A stretch of 64,000 bases of DNA. Source: Marsupella aquatica (lineage: Eukaryota; Plantae; Marchantiophyta). Shown piece by piece: positions 1 through 12,767 of this stretch. The stretch lies in assembly GCA_973895155.1 (NCBI GenBank), contig OZ316892.1, positions 10,988,420-11,052,419 of the forward strand. Reading direction: 5' to 3'. Positions within the stretch are counted from its first letter, which is position 1. Every line of letters starts with the position of its first letter. The translations under genes were made by a program, and so were the position numbers. The notes under the pieces are model-generated. The model made no database searches, was not told the origin of the DNA, and saw nothing but the letters and a program-made list of their open reading frames with translations.

Positions 1-1487
1 GATGGCTGGTATGCCACCCGACTCCAGTATCCAAAGATGAACGTTATGTTAATGGTCCAAGTTATTGCAGGTAGTGTACTAGGTCGTAGTGCAACGCATC
101 TAATCTGGAGTACCTTAGGAAAGAAAACTTCGTCGTCTTAATTCAAAGTTGAGCCATATTGTTTTGGTAGTAATATCGCAGCTAATTACAAACTATCTAG
201 TCCATGTATTCAATGACGAATGGTTTGTCCAACCGCGTCGACCTCTGTTGTTAACCCTTGACATTCGAACAGTAATGAAAAGTTGTTTCAAAGGAGTCGT
301 CTTCTGGATTGGACAAAAAGATGTAGAAGCGCAGGTCACAGTGAGTAAGGCCATGCAACTTCGAGAGAAGTTCGAAGAGATGCAAACCAAGTACATGGAG
401 AAACTGCAGCAAGTACATTCCGCTTATCAAAAGGCCATGAAGAAACTTCAGGCTCTAGAAGAGGAAAAAGAGAGTATTCTCAAAGACAAAAACGAACTGC
501 AGGAGAAATACGCAGAAAAATCAAGGTATGATATGAAGCACGAGTTTCTAACTTGCTCCTGTACTCGTGAGATTTGGCGGTGATCTAGCTATGAGGTACC
601 TGCAGGTACAAATGACATACTGAGCAATTTATTGTATGAGACAATCATCAAGCGTGCTTATGAATGTGGAAATTAGGATGACATTGGTCTGTTCCCCGAA
701 CCATGGCTGAAATGCTGATAACACGGCTGACGCTGAGTGAGTATGTATGTCTAAATGAATAAAAAGGCAGAAGAGGAAGTTGGAAGAGATGTATGAAGTC
801 TTGCGGGGGGAATACGAGAAGGCCAAGCGAACTGCCATTTCACAACCAACTCAACACAATCGGCAAGCAGCATTGACACAGAAAAATCCGTACCAATTTT
901 CAGCTAGAACGCCATCACCATTCGAAAATCCTAATATTCAACTAAGACAAGGTAACTGAGGCACTTTATAGATACTAGTCGGTGGTAGTCAATTTTCTCT
1001 TGAACGCACGAAAAGTCAGTATGAATATTATTCCCGGGACATTATTAATATTTTCAGTAGTATTTCTCGAGAGCGACGCTGATCTATATAGCCAGATATT
1101 CGAACTGCATTGATGTCATGCCCAAATCGTAGTACTCTGCATTGGTCAGTTGAGTCTTTGACTACAAATTTCGCAGAATCGACGATGGGGTTCGAAATTG
1201 CACCGATAACGCCAGCTGCTCAGAATGCTCAATTGTGGCCAGCGCGTCAGAAAGCTGGATCTGGTTTGTTCGACTTGCCGGGAAGGCCAGCTCCCCGGTC
1301 TGCGAGGAACGTCATGGCCGGCAACTCCAAAGGTGGAGGTTCTCCTTTCGCAAATTCCGACCCGTCGATGTTCACACTAGGACCAGGTGGTGGTGTACCT
1401 AACATTACTTCGAATGGCATCCGTAACCTGCTCCTTTCGCCGTTAAAAACTCCCACATCTCGCCTACCGCCTTCGGGTTTCAGGTAA
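1..1487 (+). CDS. HEI10: HEI10/CCNB1IP1 meiotic RING E3 ligase (ZMM crossover factor), 3' part; 5' exons lie outside the window
   Basis: Exons <1-26, 273-525, 767-951 and 1177-1487 join in frame with GT-AG sites. They give MAGMPPDSIMKSCFKGVVFWIGQKD...EKLQQVHSAYQK...DKNELQEKYAEKSRQKRKLEEMY...PITP...LWPARQ...IRNLLLSPLK, matching the plant HEI10 coiled coil and C-terminal motifs. The TAA at 1485-1487 overlaps a possible donor (AG|GTAACG), so a tiny terminal exon cannot be excluded. Confidence 0.92.
27..272 (+). other. Candidate U12-type (minor spliceosome) GT-AG intron in HEI10
   Basis: 5' site GTATCC(AA). U12-like branch motif CCTTGAC at 256-262, with branch A 11 nt from the AG at 271-272. No polypyrimidine tract. 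Confidence 0.6.
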
Positions 1488-1990
1488 CGTCCTGCATGAG
1501 AGCTACTTTTCACTGCTATTCGGTGGCTCCCCGTCAGAAGCGCGTGCAGTACGTGATTGTTCTTTCGTTTGTTGCATGCATGCACATAAGTTCATTTTCT
1601 TTCGAGAGGAGTGTAATCCTTTGGAAGTTGGAAAGGGGACTTACTCACTTGTTAACTACCGTGCAGTATGTAATTTTCAAGTTTTCCGATCAAGTCTTTG
1701 TGAATAGCAAACCAGAGACGGAACAATGCTTCTCAACCTGGCCTTAGTATCGATTCGGGCAACCAGACCCTTATCAGGCAGGTACTGGTCTGGCAATTGT
1801 GAATTCCCCATGACAGCGTAATTTTATTTACCACATTTTGAAATGATAGCATCACTTTCCGAGATGTTCGCAAAGTATCATCCGATTGCTAATTGAAAGT
1901 AACACACATACGACTTATACGGAAACACATAATTCTTGTGTTCCACAGCCGGCTCCACAAGTATTCACCTGATTTGAGGTAGCTCCAGAC

Positions 1991-2140
1991 AGATAGCTTA
2001 CAATTTCGTAAGGTACAGAAAACCATCTGAAGAGTGTTAAGAACCGCATGTAGCGAGTCTGGTGTAGATAGCTTACAATTTCGTAAGGTACAGAAAACCA
2101 TCTGAAGAGTGTTAAGAACCACATGTAGCGAGTCTGGTGT
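1991..2140. repeat. 75-bp tandem duplication (2 near-identical copies)
   Basis: agatagcttacaatttcgtaagg...gagtctggtgt at 1991 and 2066; one mismatch seen. Confidence 0.95.
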
Positions 2141-3281
2141 GATGCATCATTGCATGTCTCTGTCCAGGTCGTGTACGTCGAGCTGATAGGCCTCCCCTAA
2201 TACACAGTCGCTATATCTCCACAAATAATTGTTTAGCGCGGTACGTTTCGATCGGAACTACAATAGCAGAGTAGAATTTCACCTCTTCATTTTGTGAAAA
2301 CCAAACCAAAACACATCCACAAGAGTCACTCGAACTTGGTCTTACGCTAAGCATTAAGTCCATCCAACTCGCATGTGGTTGACTCAAATTTCAGCGGGTG
2401 ATGGTACGACGAGCTTTCTAACTTCAGTACTTACAATTTAGCGACTGAAGTTGCGAGGGGCAGAATTGGAATACGGTTCTGGAGACATAAGCTGACGGGC
2501 TGAATAGATTTACTTATCGAGCTTGCACTAAACACACGGTCTGCACTCCTGAATTGTTCACACGGCTATGACGAAACTATGCAAATATAAGCAGTAAAAC
2601 AATTACACTTGTAGGTAAGTTCACAGAAACAGTGAAATACGAGAACAACGTTTGGTACAACATGATTTCAAACGCTAAGTCACAAAAAACTACCGGAGAT
2701 CCGGTAGGCATCATGAAAGGTTTCTGAGGCGTTTCAAATTGCGGATCTTTAAACAAAAGTCGCGTGAATTGAATAATATTCAGTAGATAATGGCACGAAG
2801 CAAATGGCTACGATCAGATAGGAAATTTTGTGAAAGATAAGTACAGCAAAAAAGTGGGCTCGGAAAATATTAATGGCAGATCTATACAGTGACAGACTGG
2901 AAACCATCATCTACGGCTGAACGATCCAAATCTCCGAAACAGGATTAGAGAGATATTAGGGTCCTGGATTAAACGCTGGAAAGCTTTGCTCGATCCACGG
3001 TTAATATGAAGTTCAAGAAAGATAAAGATGAAGACCAGACAAGACAACGAGACACGATGATGAAAATGCATTTTCCAACAACCGCCTGCACGTACAAAGC
3101 CTTGTCTCGCTTCTGTCTCGCCAATCCCATCAATTGGTCATGCACAGAAATGGACGTTTTTCTCACTGTAGGTAGGTTTGCAAAAAAAACTCCATGAGAG
3201 CAGAGAGATCAGAGCACCCCAAATTTAATTTCGTAAAATACCTGCCACATACATAATACTTTAGTCCAGCGTAATTTACGA

Positions 3282-6200
3282 CTACAACTTGGAGGTAACC
3301 GCAAGGTGCAATCCTGCCCCAACAGGCGATGATGGTCCAAGCTTGGAGCACCCAGCGTCTTTGCTCGCCTCTTCGGGAACGCTCGGAGGTAGATCTATCG
3401 CCGGAGAGCAATTGAAGAAGCCGTGCGGCTGCACAAACCAATATCAAAGAAAACATGTCAAATTCAACCTGAAATGACATCGATGTTGCACCAAACCTTG
3501 CAGTAATCCACGTCCTTCGACAAAGTGTTGCCTGGAATAATACGTCAACTACATGTGAGCTGACTATGTGGTTTAATCTGGGTTTGAACCTTTGACAAGT
3601 TGGCCATTGTTCCGACATTTGTCCAAGGATCACCAGGTTTGCAAAATGGATAAATCCGTGCTTCATTTTGGGTAAGACCTCACCTGCAACGTGAACCCAA
3701 TATGCTCCACCGGCATGACCGGCCAATCCTCTAATCGTGGTATGTGGGTCACTCCAAAGACATACCTGCCTCACAACAGATGCATCATTCGTCCATGCCA
3801 CAAACCAGGAGCACCATAAGCGAAAAACTTTCCTCAGACGGTGGTGCTTATTCTATAATCCATGACCATATGATCCATTGGACCAAAATGATTTACAATG
3901 CGGTCAAAGTCGCCTGAGGGAGACAACAAGCAGCGGCAAAACATAGGAAGGACTAACGGACTTACCAAAGGACAAGATCAGCCTCCTCTAGTTTCCTGTT
4001 CTGCTTGACCCACGTCTGCAAGCCCTCCCCAACACGCGGGTTTTGATTTGGAAACTCTCCGCCTGGAAAACGCTCGTTCTTATCGAACGGAGTGACCCAC
4101 AAGTTGTGCATCAAAAATGCAGCACGCCTCAAAAATTTGGCATCTGCTCCAGCAAAGGGAAGGCAATTGGACCCGGGCACCAATTTGTACCCAACCAATT
4201 GCCCTGTCCTGTTTACCATTCGTGTGTTACGAACCTGCACGTCCACAGCAATACATTAAATAAATAAAATGTCCGTTAATTACAGACTTAAAGATAAGCA
4301 TATATGCCCTGGAAGTCATAATTCAAGTTATATATATATATGCCCTGGAAGTCATGATTTAAGTTCAGTATATATCATTCGAGGACATTGATCACAACCG
4401 TGCTGCTCGGAGAGGAATACTCCATATTATGCCCCTGGGAGGTTAGACAAAGCTCGAAATTCAGCCTTTGCCTCTCTCAGCGGCTCATTATCAAGTAACA
4501 TGGCACTACGTTATCACTCACAATCCAGTGTCGTGCGGACAAAGAATTGCAGTCTCGCTGAGCCTCTGCCTCTGACCGCAGGAGAGTCTCCTCCGCATAA
4601 AACGCATTGCTATGGGGATTGTCGGGGCCAGGATCCTCCACCTTGATATTAACCTCAACAACCTGCGGATACAGATTATGAGTAATCGTCACCTCAAATA
4701 TCTTCCCCTTCGTATCACAGAAATCCCCATGGAAGTCCTCTTCAAGACCATGATCGATCCACCTAAAAGCTATAACTTAAAGCATTGATTTCCAATCTAC
4801 TTGATGCCAGATCATGTACAAGAGGAGTCGTAAGGACCCTGCCTAGCAGGCCAACAAGTCGGAGCTTCTCAATTCACCTGGTTGGTAGCTTCTCCGGGCT
4901 TACTGTCGATGGCCATATCCATCCTTGCAACAAAGAAATGCTGATGAACCGGGGCATAAAGACCTGGGGCTATGACAGTCCCATACTTTCTAAATTCCCC
5001 TGGCTTGAGTGCCCCCAGGCTGAGAATTCCAGTGAGCTTCACTTCCGCCTCAACCTTACCATCCTGAGAGTTCAAACGACGAGTAAATCCAATCACAATT
5101 GTAGGAAGCCGATGACAATCATTGCCGTACGGTAGACAGAATAAATTTGCTTCTCAGAAACAGACTCGTCTGCAAGCTCAATGAACACTCACGTGCATTT
5201 GAGGAATTAGGAAATATGCGCAGCTTGAAAGATCCACTTGCGCGGATGTTTGGTCTGTTTTCTAACATGTACTGGTTACGAACAGTCGATGACGATTATG
5301 GGATAGAGACACTTTCCTTGATCGGCATGACTAGATCGGAGACCATGCTTCTACTGATCACCATCTGATTATCCTAATCTCAAATGTTGCTCTAAAGAAG
5401 ATTGGTTAAAATAGTGTTCAATCTACCCCAAACAGGAAACATCGTAGGTATCATCCTTTCGTGTGACAAATGAAACCGGGTCTATGTGCTCGCGAAGATA
5501 CGAGAAAATGAAACCACGTCTGTGCTCTCGAAGATACCTGATAGAAATGCCAGAAGAAACCATACTCATAGTTTGCGACAGTGCAAAAGAACGATAGTGT
5601 AAGGCGTCTGGAGCGGCGCACTTCGGTTAAGCCAGAGCGCCAGTCCATGTGTTTCCACAGGACTCCATGGTCCTCTTCATGCATGCATACGCAATTTTCA
5701 ATTGTTTCGACTCCTCCATGGAAGTTAGTGAAATGAGCATCGAAGTACTTGATATATCCAAGACAGTCACACCCCTGCGTTCAGAACATCAGACCAGACC
5801 AATGTTAGGAACGCATACAAACAGAACAGTGACTTACATATAAGAGCCACTTGTCCACTAATCAGGTGTTGACATTGAGCAGGTCAGTGGAAGAAGCGAT
5901 TCAATCAATTCTTGGAAACGTATAAGCAGTTCATATTTATCAACGTGTTAAGGATGAGTTCCGGTAAGGACGACAAACCTTCTTCAAGGAATGTGCATTT
6001 TTGCCAAGACCATCTTCGCCAGCATCAAATGCATTTTTACGATAATGAGGATCATGAGGATCGCCGTAGGGAACAACCATTTCAACATAGCTCAACCTAT
6101 GTGCCACAGATCGACGGCCTCTGCTGCCATCGTGGTATGCGACAGTGTGGATTACAAGACCTTCTCTCGGTGTGAAGCCAACTCGAAAACTCCACTGCCA

Positions 6201-8817
6201 ATTACAACACGAAATAAATGTGAGCTGTTGTTTGGAGGAGACCTCTATAAATGAGAATGAAATCCAAATCAAGCCATACATATCGTCGCAACTAGTTAAA
6301 ACGTCTACTGCCAGCTCAAGCAGCTAATTGCGATCTGGAATGTCAAGAAGATGGAGAATTCAGGTGTCTGTAACCAAATTCTAGTAAAATCCAGGTTGTA
6401 CGTGGCCAGAGCATGTCGGGTGCTGATTGTCTGTTGATCGGTGTGTTGTCAAATGTCTAGACAACGGTGATCATTTCTTACAGATGAGGCTAAACAAACT
6501 CAGCGAATAGTCAAAAATAGTAAGTAACTAAGGTCCACAGACTACAACCTTCTGCCATTCCACAGCATAGCCGTTTACTCGGAAGCTTGGCCCCTCGGGT
6601 TGTGTGATAACCAAAGGCTTGATATCGAGCCTATCTACGCCACCACGAGTGGCCGCACGCGTGTAATTCCGAAGAGGGTCAGGAGATGGAAGAGGAACAA
6701 AATTCCTGTCTTCGAATTCCAGGATCGTCATGTTTCGCATATCAACCAAGACATAAATACCATCGACAGGTCGTGCATATCCATTTTCCAAAGGACACTC
6801 ACTAATCGTTCTGCAGAAGATCAATGGCCTAGCCAGTCTTCTGTTGGGAGCATCCTCCTCACCGTAGTATCCAACACACCTGCATTGATCAATTTGTAAG
6901 TTCATTATCAACCAAAATCATCAGAGAGGAAGAACAAATCAGAAATGTTGGATCCCAGTCTAGCTACTTCGTCACTGCTGGTGGTCTCTTCGACGGAAAA
7001 GATTTGAATGCATTCAATTCTTACCAAGGATCCACCATAACAAGGTCCATATCCTCGATCCCTCTCTTCCTCATCGCTTCAATGAAAGGCGTGTAGCTCT
7101 TCACAGCCGCCTCACAGTCTGCATATTCCTCCGCATCCTAAAATGCCACATATGACTCGGTCTTCAAATTAATCAAATTCTAAGGCTTTCTAGACGATCG
7201 CACATGAACGTTTTTCCTGGAAATCAATCATTTGAGTGTTGAGGAAGAATTTGACAACTCAATTCCAGCCTACGGCTATGCTTATCATCAAACAGAATAG
7301 GTGCTCGGATAGCTGTAGAAATCGACTTCGTCGCTGTTGCAACTGATTGTGGGAACGACGTATCCGCGCGTCCCTCCTAGACTACTAAAAGTTCTAAACG
7401 ACTCGAACATTCAGTTGGAGCCGATAATTATCGTCACCACGACCGAAGGAAACAGGAAGTAGTCGAAGCGTTCCGATCCCGGTGTAAACACAAATATCAA
7501 ATCGAGGCGACACTGGCAAATTGAACAATATATGTACAACGTGAATATCATTACCATGGGGGGCTGAACATCAGGGACTACTTCTCTGGAGATAACTTTG
7601 CCGCGATGGTGTCCTCCACGAGCCGCAGCATGCACTTCTGTCAACTCTACGAACCAGACCGTGGTTTCATTTGTGTTCTTGTTATACACAATTAATCTGG
7701 CCTGACGAGGCGGAAGTTGAAGAGGAATAATAGCTCCACCTTTCCCTTTCGGATACATAACTGTGGGCTGATAAGGTGGGAAGAAAAATGAATCAGCTAG
7801 AGCGATTACATTCTTGTCCGGCTCCTGGAGTACGACCTCGAAAAATCGCATACCGTCTCGTTCCTGCGCATACAACCTGCCCTTTAAATGCCAGCGAAAA
7901 AGAGAGAATACATGAGTGAAGTTAAAGTTTAGCTCGACACAGAGAATCTAGATGTAGAGTCCCGGGTACAGGGAATTACTTCAGGTGTAGCTCCAGCTGC
8001 TCTCACAGTAGTTATAGCCACTGCAATTTCCGTTGGATTAAGTGGATCTAACGGGTGAACTGACTGCGACCGTAGCACGGATGGTCCTGACCCAACAACA
8101 GGCGTTTACACTGAACATTAGAACCATCTCAATCATGTATGATCAATGTTCTACCAGGTATATGCTGCGAGTACTCACCAATACAAAGTATGCAATTCTC
8201 AGAGAGAGGGATCACGCGGTCACTCACTTGCTTTGTCGGTTTGTCCAAAGACATCAACGCAGTTAGAGTTGAAAGACAACTCCGAGCAATCACAGACTTC
8301 ATCAAAATGAAGTATCCTCAAAGTGAGACATCAGGGACTGGACACCTCAAAGTGCATAGCCCTCCCGCTTTCGACCTCACTATGAATGACGGGTCATACA
8401 AATAGCACGAAATGCACTTTTTGCTCAAATTGACACTGCCAGGAGAAGTTTGACTCGATTTGCTGCTCCTAGACATTGAGTCCGGATATGACAAAACTTC
8501 GTCCATGTGTAACTCGACCATATAAGAAGTGTTGCTATCGCAAAGATTCAGGATCGGTAAAATCTGAAACTAGCATCGGTATGTGGATGAGTAGATTTAC
8601 CTTTGAAGGTGCTACTTCCAACACTGGTAGGTACAGCTTCTAGCGCGGAGGCCGATGAAGTGGGACTCATGCCGATGACGGCTTCCATCGGCTCGATGTC
8701 ATTAATTCTGTGAGGACCTCCTGCCTTTGTCAGGAGCCCTCTGGCATCCGCACAGCGATCCAGATTAGCGGAGGCCGACTGGCAGCAAAGCGCCTGCGCG
8801 TTCTTACGTGCGGCCAT
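3282..8817 (-). CDS. Peroxisomal copper-containing amine oxidase (CuAO-zeta type), 12 exons, ~784 aa
   Basis: Exons (- strand) 8817-8601, 8086-7980, 7863-7555, 7137-7025, 6879-6549, 6194-5979, 5774-5538, 5063-4878, 4662-4522, 4234-3966, 3765-3684 and 3428-3282 are all GT-AG and total 2355 nt. Motifs: HPLDPL, TPQ site TVANYEY, Cu ligands HQH and [13 protein letters not shown], and C-terminal PTS1 SKL*. Confidence 0.96.
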
Positions 8818-10044
8818 TGACAAGGATTCGCTACGTCTCCAATTCCTCCCCACGCTTTCCCTCGTCGCCCGCTATCAGACATACAGCACAATGATTCTCT
8901 TCGGCCCCTTAAAACCCCCGAAGACACACTGCAATTCGCAATTGTGCCGGCACAAATAGCTCTCAGTTCTTTGCCCTGCCGCGTTTGTAAGAAGGCGCAG
9001 TGTAGCGAATCTAATAGAACAGCTATTTCTCTTCTCCCGACATACTCGGGAAGCTTTCTGGTGGTGAAGGTTTGAAATCTCCGGTAACTATCAACTCTAA
9101 CTTATCGAAAGCCCAAGACGGTCAAAAATGTTTGCGAGATGTTGAACGCAACCTTGCGTACACCTTGAAAATCCTTAATTGTCCTGCTGGAGGAAGGTCA
9201 CAACCACTCCTGGAGTACTAATAACAGGCAACTGACTGGAGAAGCTGATATATATGCGCTTGCCAGCCGTATATAACAGTCGAGAGAATAGCGAGTCGAG
9301 ACACTGCCGACCTTGAGGAATCGACGGTCACGAGACGAGGCGAGCCAATTGTAGTTAAGACTTAAGAAAGAGCAGATCACACGATCTTTTCACAGTAGGA
9401 TTGTGAAATCAGCGCTTGCCCTGGTCTCTTTCTCCGCAAGCAGCATTTTCTCTCTGCGCCAGTTCCAAAATTCCGGAAGATTGTGATTAGCAATGTATCC
9501 TGTGCAACCCGTCCTGTAGATTCGACGAATTTTGAAGATTTCTGCACCCTCTGAGGGATTTACACAGCTAGCCTCTTATACGCCCTTCTCGTCTCTTCTC
9601 TTCTCCTTTCCTGAGATTCCCAATATGCCGCGCTATTTTGAAGGATTGCAACCTTCGCTTCCCTCCCTTCCGCAGTTTTGCCGCTGGGCTTGCCTATCAG
9701 CTTCGTAATGTGACGGCTATCCTGTTTGGACTTCAATCTCTTCTCTCCCAAAACTTCACCGACTTGCCTCAACAATCTTCGGATGCTCACCACCTCGCTC
9801 ACAGCCTTCTCTTCACCACCTCCTCCTTTTTCTGCACGAACTGTATATTTAAAATCGAGCTTGCTAAACCTGCAATCTCTTCGCCGCTAAACCTTCTCTC
9901 CGCCCGGGCTGTCTTCTCCTGCTTCAAACTTCGTCCCCCGCTTCGTCCGCTCCAGCCCTCCTCCTCTACACGAATCTCCGAAAGCGCTCGATCCAGTGTT
10001 GATCCACTCCTCACACCTTCATAGCAAAGCCTGCGTCACTCAGA

Positions 10045-10046
<2 letters not shown>

Positions 10047-10075
<29 letters not shown>
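10047..10075. repeat. (CT)n/(GA)n microsatellite upstream of CuAO
   Basis: About 14 CT units. Confidence 0.95.
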
Positions 10076-10159
10076 GACTTGTGTGGTTTTCGGGGATGCT
10101 CTACTCGCTCGCTTTCTTTTGCTCTTGCAAGCTTGCTCACTGCTGGATCTACGATACGG

Positions 10160-10730
10160 CGCACTGGTACCGTAGTTCCTGAGTCAAACAGTATCGCTCT
10201 CTGCGCTTTCCGCCTCAACCACCTTGTGCGATTTTTCGAGATTGTTCAACTCGGAGAAGCGCTCGCTTGGCACACTACAGTAGTTCCGGAGTCAGACAGT
10301 ATCGCTCGCTGCGCTGTCCGCCTCGACCAACTTGTGTGATTTTTTCGAGATTGTTCAACTCGAAGAAGCGCTCGCGTGGCACACTACAGTACTGTAGTAC
10401 CGTAGTTCCGGAGTCAGACAGTATCGCTCGCTGCGCTTTCCGCCTCGACAAACTGGTGTGATTTTTCCAGAGTGTTCAACTCGAAGAAGCGCTCGCGTGG
10501 CACACTACAGTAGGACCATAGTTCCCGAGTCAGACAGTATGCTCGCTGCGCTTTCCACCTCTCGACCAACTAGTGTGGTTTTTAGAGCTTGTTCAACTCG
10601 AAGGAGCGCTCGCTTGGCACACTACAGTAGTACCATACTTCCTGACTCACAGTATCGCTCTCTGCACTTTCCGCCTCCACCAACTCGTGTGGTTTTTCGA
10701 GCTTGTTCAACTCGACGAAGCGCTCGCTCG
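10160..10730. repeat. CpG-rich tandem array, 5 copies of a ~110-120-bp unit
   Basis: The unit cactacagtag..ttccggagtcagacagtatcgctcgctgcgctttccgcctcgaccaact..gtg.tttttcgag..tgttcaactcgaagaagcgctcgc recurs at ~10162, 10271, 10380, 10501 and 10618. Confidence 0.95.
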
Positions 10731-11149
10731 CTCGTCCGCTCCCTCTCCCAGGCTCTCTCTCTCTCTGTCTCTCTGTCTGTCGCAGTCTCACTCACTGTTG
10801 GATCTCGCGACGCCACATTTGCCGTAAAGGTTGTTCCTCCGTATCTTCCTTTTCTGCACCTGAGACGTGGGCTTGAGCTTTGGACCTCACGACAGTCTCG
10901 GACGAGAAACTGTCTTGTAGGAGGACAGTATGACAGAGCAAATTGGCCACGCGGCGGAGAAGGAAGAGGCATCCTCGACTTTCACTTTTACGATCGGTCT
11001 CCAACATTTCGAGCTATATGAGCTGACTTGAAAGGCCACTTATATTCTGTCCTGAATGCAAGTTACTTGCATGTAACATTCTCTCCAAGTTACTTGCATG
11101 GAAAATTCTCTCCAAGTTACTTCTGCAAACATTTAGGGAGTCACTTGTT

Positions 11150-11640
11150 CACATAGCATGCTCATAGTGTAACATGCTTAAGTTTTTGTCTTGTAGTGAT
11201 TTGAAAGTAAATAAAATATGATAACATAACTAGAAGAATTGGTGCACAGTAACCAATGAAAAGTACAATAAGGATGCTACATTGTGTGCACTTAATTCAA
11301 TGTCCTCATGAATGACATTCATTTCAATAAAAACCATAAATTTATGAAAGAAAAACATGAGAAGAACTTAAGACACACTAAGAATCATTTTTCTCATTCA
11401 TGAGAATGTTCAAGTGGTGGAGCCTTACATTTCATCTCTAATAAATCACCAACATTAAAATTTATAAGGGGGCTGCCAAAATAAGTTCAAAATACTTTAG
11501 AATCCTAAAAATTAAAGGGGTCCATAAATTAATTAAAAATGTATACTATACACAGGCTTCCCCTTGATAAGGCACATTGAAATAAAAATATATGACACCA
11601 AAACTCTGAATAAGACAGAATCTTAAAGGTGGATTCACAT
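11150..11640 (+). repeat. Dispersed AT-rich ~500-bp repeat, copy 1 (unclassified)
   Basis: Aligns by eye with 19335-19843 plus 23447-23590 (direct) and with 23785-24330 (inverted). Shared motifs include tagcatgctcat, gaaagtaaataaaatat, gccaaaataagttca, aaggcacat and tctgaataagaca. Confidence 0.8.
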
Positions 11641-12135
11641 AAGCTGTTGCTTTGAAGTTATGGGAATAGCAAGAGCACAAATTAGGTGCTATGAAGGAGT
11701 CTGATATGGGTTTTAGTTTGAGCCCTCCTCCAAAAATGGTCAGAAAACTTTCCCAGCTATAGCCAATCAGCCGATCAGGTTTTTTTCACTTTCCTTTTAG
11801 AAGGTTACAGGCTACTAAGAGCATCTCCACTGGGACCTGCAAACAGCCCCGTAACCTCCATTCCTGGGAAATAGCGGCTTTGTAATCCGAATACACCCTC
11901 CACCGCCACCCGACAACCTCCATTTCATTTGCGGTGTCCCCTCGATCAAGTTGCGGATCGCAACTGCCAGATTTGGCGCGTTGGCGGTTGGGGCCTGAAA
12001 CCTCCAAATCGAGACCCAAATGAATCAATGATGGAAACTGCTGCATGCGTTGCCATTGTAGGGTGGGTGGCAAAGACTTCCCGCTCTATCACTTTCCCAC
12101 GGTGGACTGGCATTTATCGTGCGAAACTGCAAATC

Positions 12136-12479
12136 GTTAAGCATAGACGACAATCACAACGGCAAGCCCATGAACCATCCAACGCACAAGAATTGACACA
12201 GAGAGATGCGTGGTTCACCTCCACATGAGGCTACATCCATGGGAACACATAGTAGCTTTACTGCACTCTAGACCGACCGGCCATACCAAGCATCCACAGC
12301 GCAAGCTCTCTCTATCTCTCAACTAGCTCCGTAACAATGAGCCTGAGTTTCACCAGGGTCTGGCATCAGCCCTGGCTTAATACACAACAGCACTACCGCT
12401 AACATTAGCTAAGTCCTAACTCGAGTTAGCCTAACTATGGTTAGCTCATGAGTCACAAGACTAAGAGCAATATTTAACA
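12136..12479 (-). mobile_element. Copia solo LTR, diverged relative of the LTRs at 50201/54472, nested in the Harbinger element
   Basis: gttaagcatagacgacaatcacaacggcaagcccatgaaccatccaacgcaca... closely matches 50201 onward and ends ...taaca. AAATC occurs at both junctions (12131-12135, 12479-12483). Confidence 0.85.
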
Positions 12480-12542
12480 AATCCTCGTGCAAAAGCACCA
12501 TTGCACAAATCTCGTGTCTAGCAAGATCAACAAAGACAAATC

Positions 12543-12767
12543 ATGGCGGGCACTCAGGGGGAAAATTACAGTGAAAGCGAGTTGAAGCAGCTGTGCTACA
12601 GCGTGCTCCATGTTTCACAAGATCCCGTCGTTGGAACTGGCCAGAGAGGTAAGAAATTTTGGGATCGAGTAGCAGAGCATTGTCATAAAAACAAGGGTCG
12701 GGAATTTGAGACGTTGGCACAAAAATGTGGGCCCATGTTTGGGGGGTGCCGGTGGGGATTTGCTTAA
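12543..12767 (+). pseudogene. Truncated Harbinger Myb/SANT-like DNA-binding ORF
   Basis: GENYSESELKQLCYSVLHVSQDPVVGTGQRGKKFWDRVAEH resembles the N-terminus of PIF/Harbinger ORF1 (..LC..W..VS.D...G..Q....FW.RV). Confidence 0.75.

Noticed and set aside
3163-3801. 212-aa minus-strand ORF
   Set aside because: Runs across the last CuAO exons and introns out of the true frame.
10079-11021. Cluster of ORFs with repeated peptides; the array superficially resembles a CRISPR
   Set aside because: The ORFs are by-products of a GC-rich tandem array. There are no unique spacers, no cas genes, and the context is eukaryotic.
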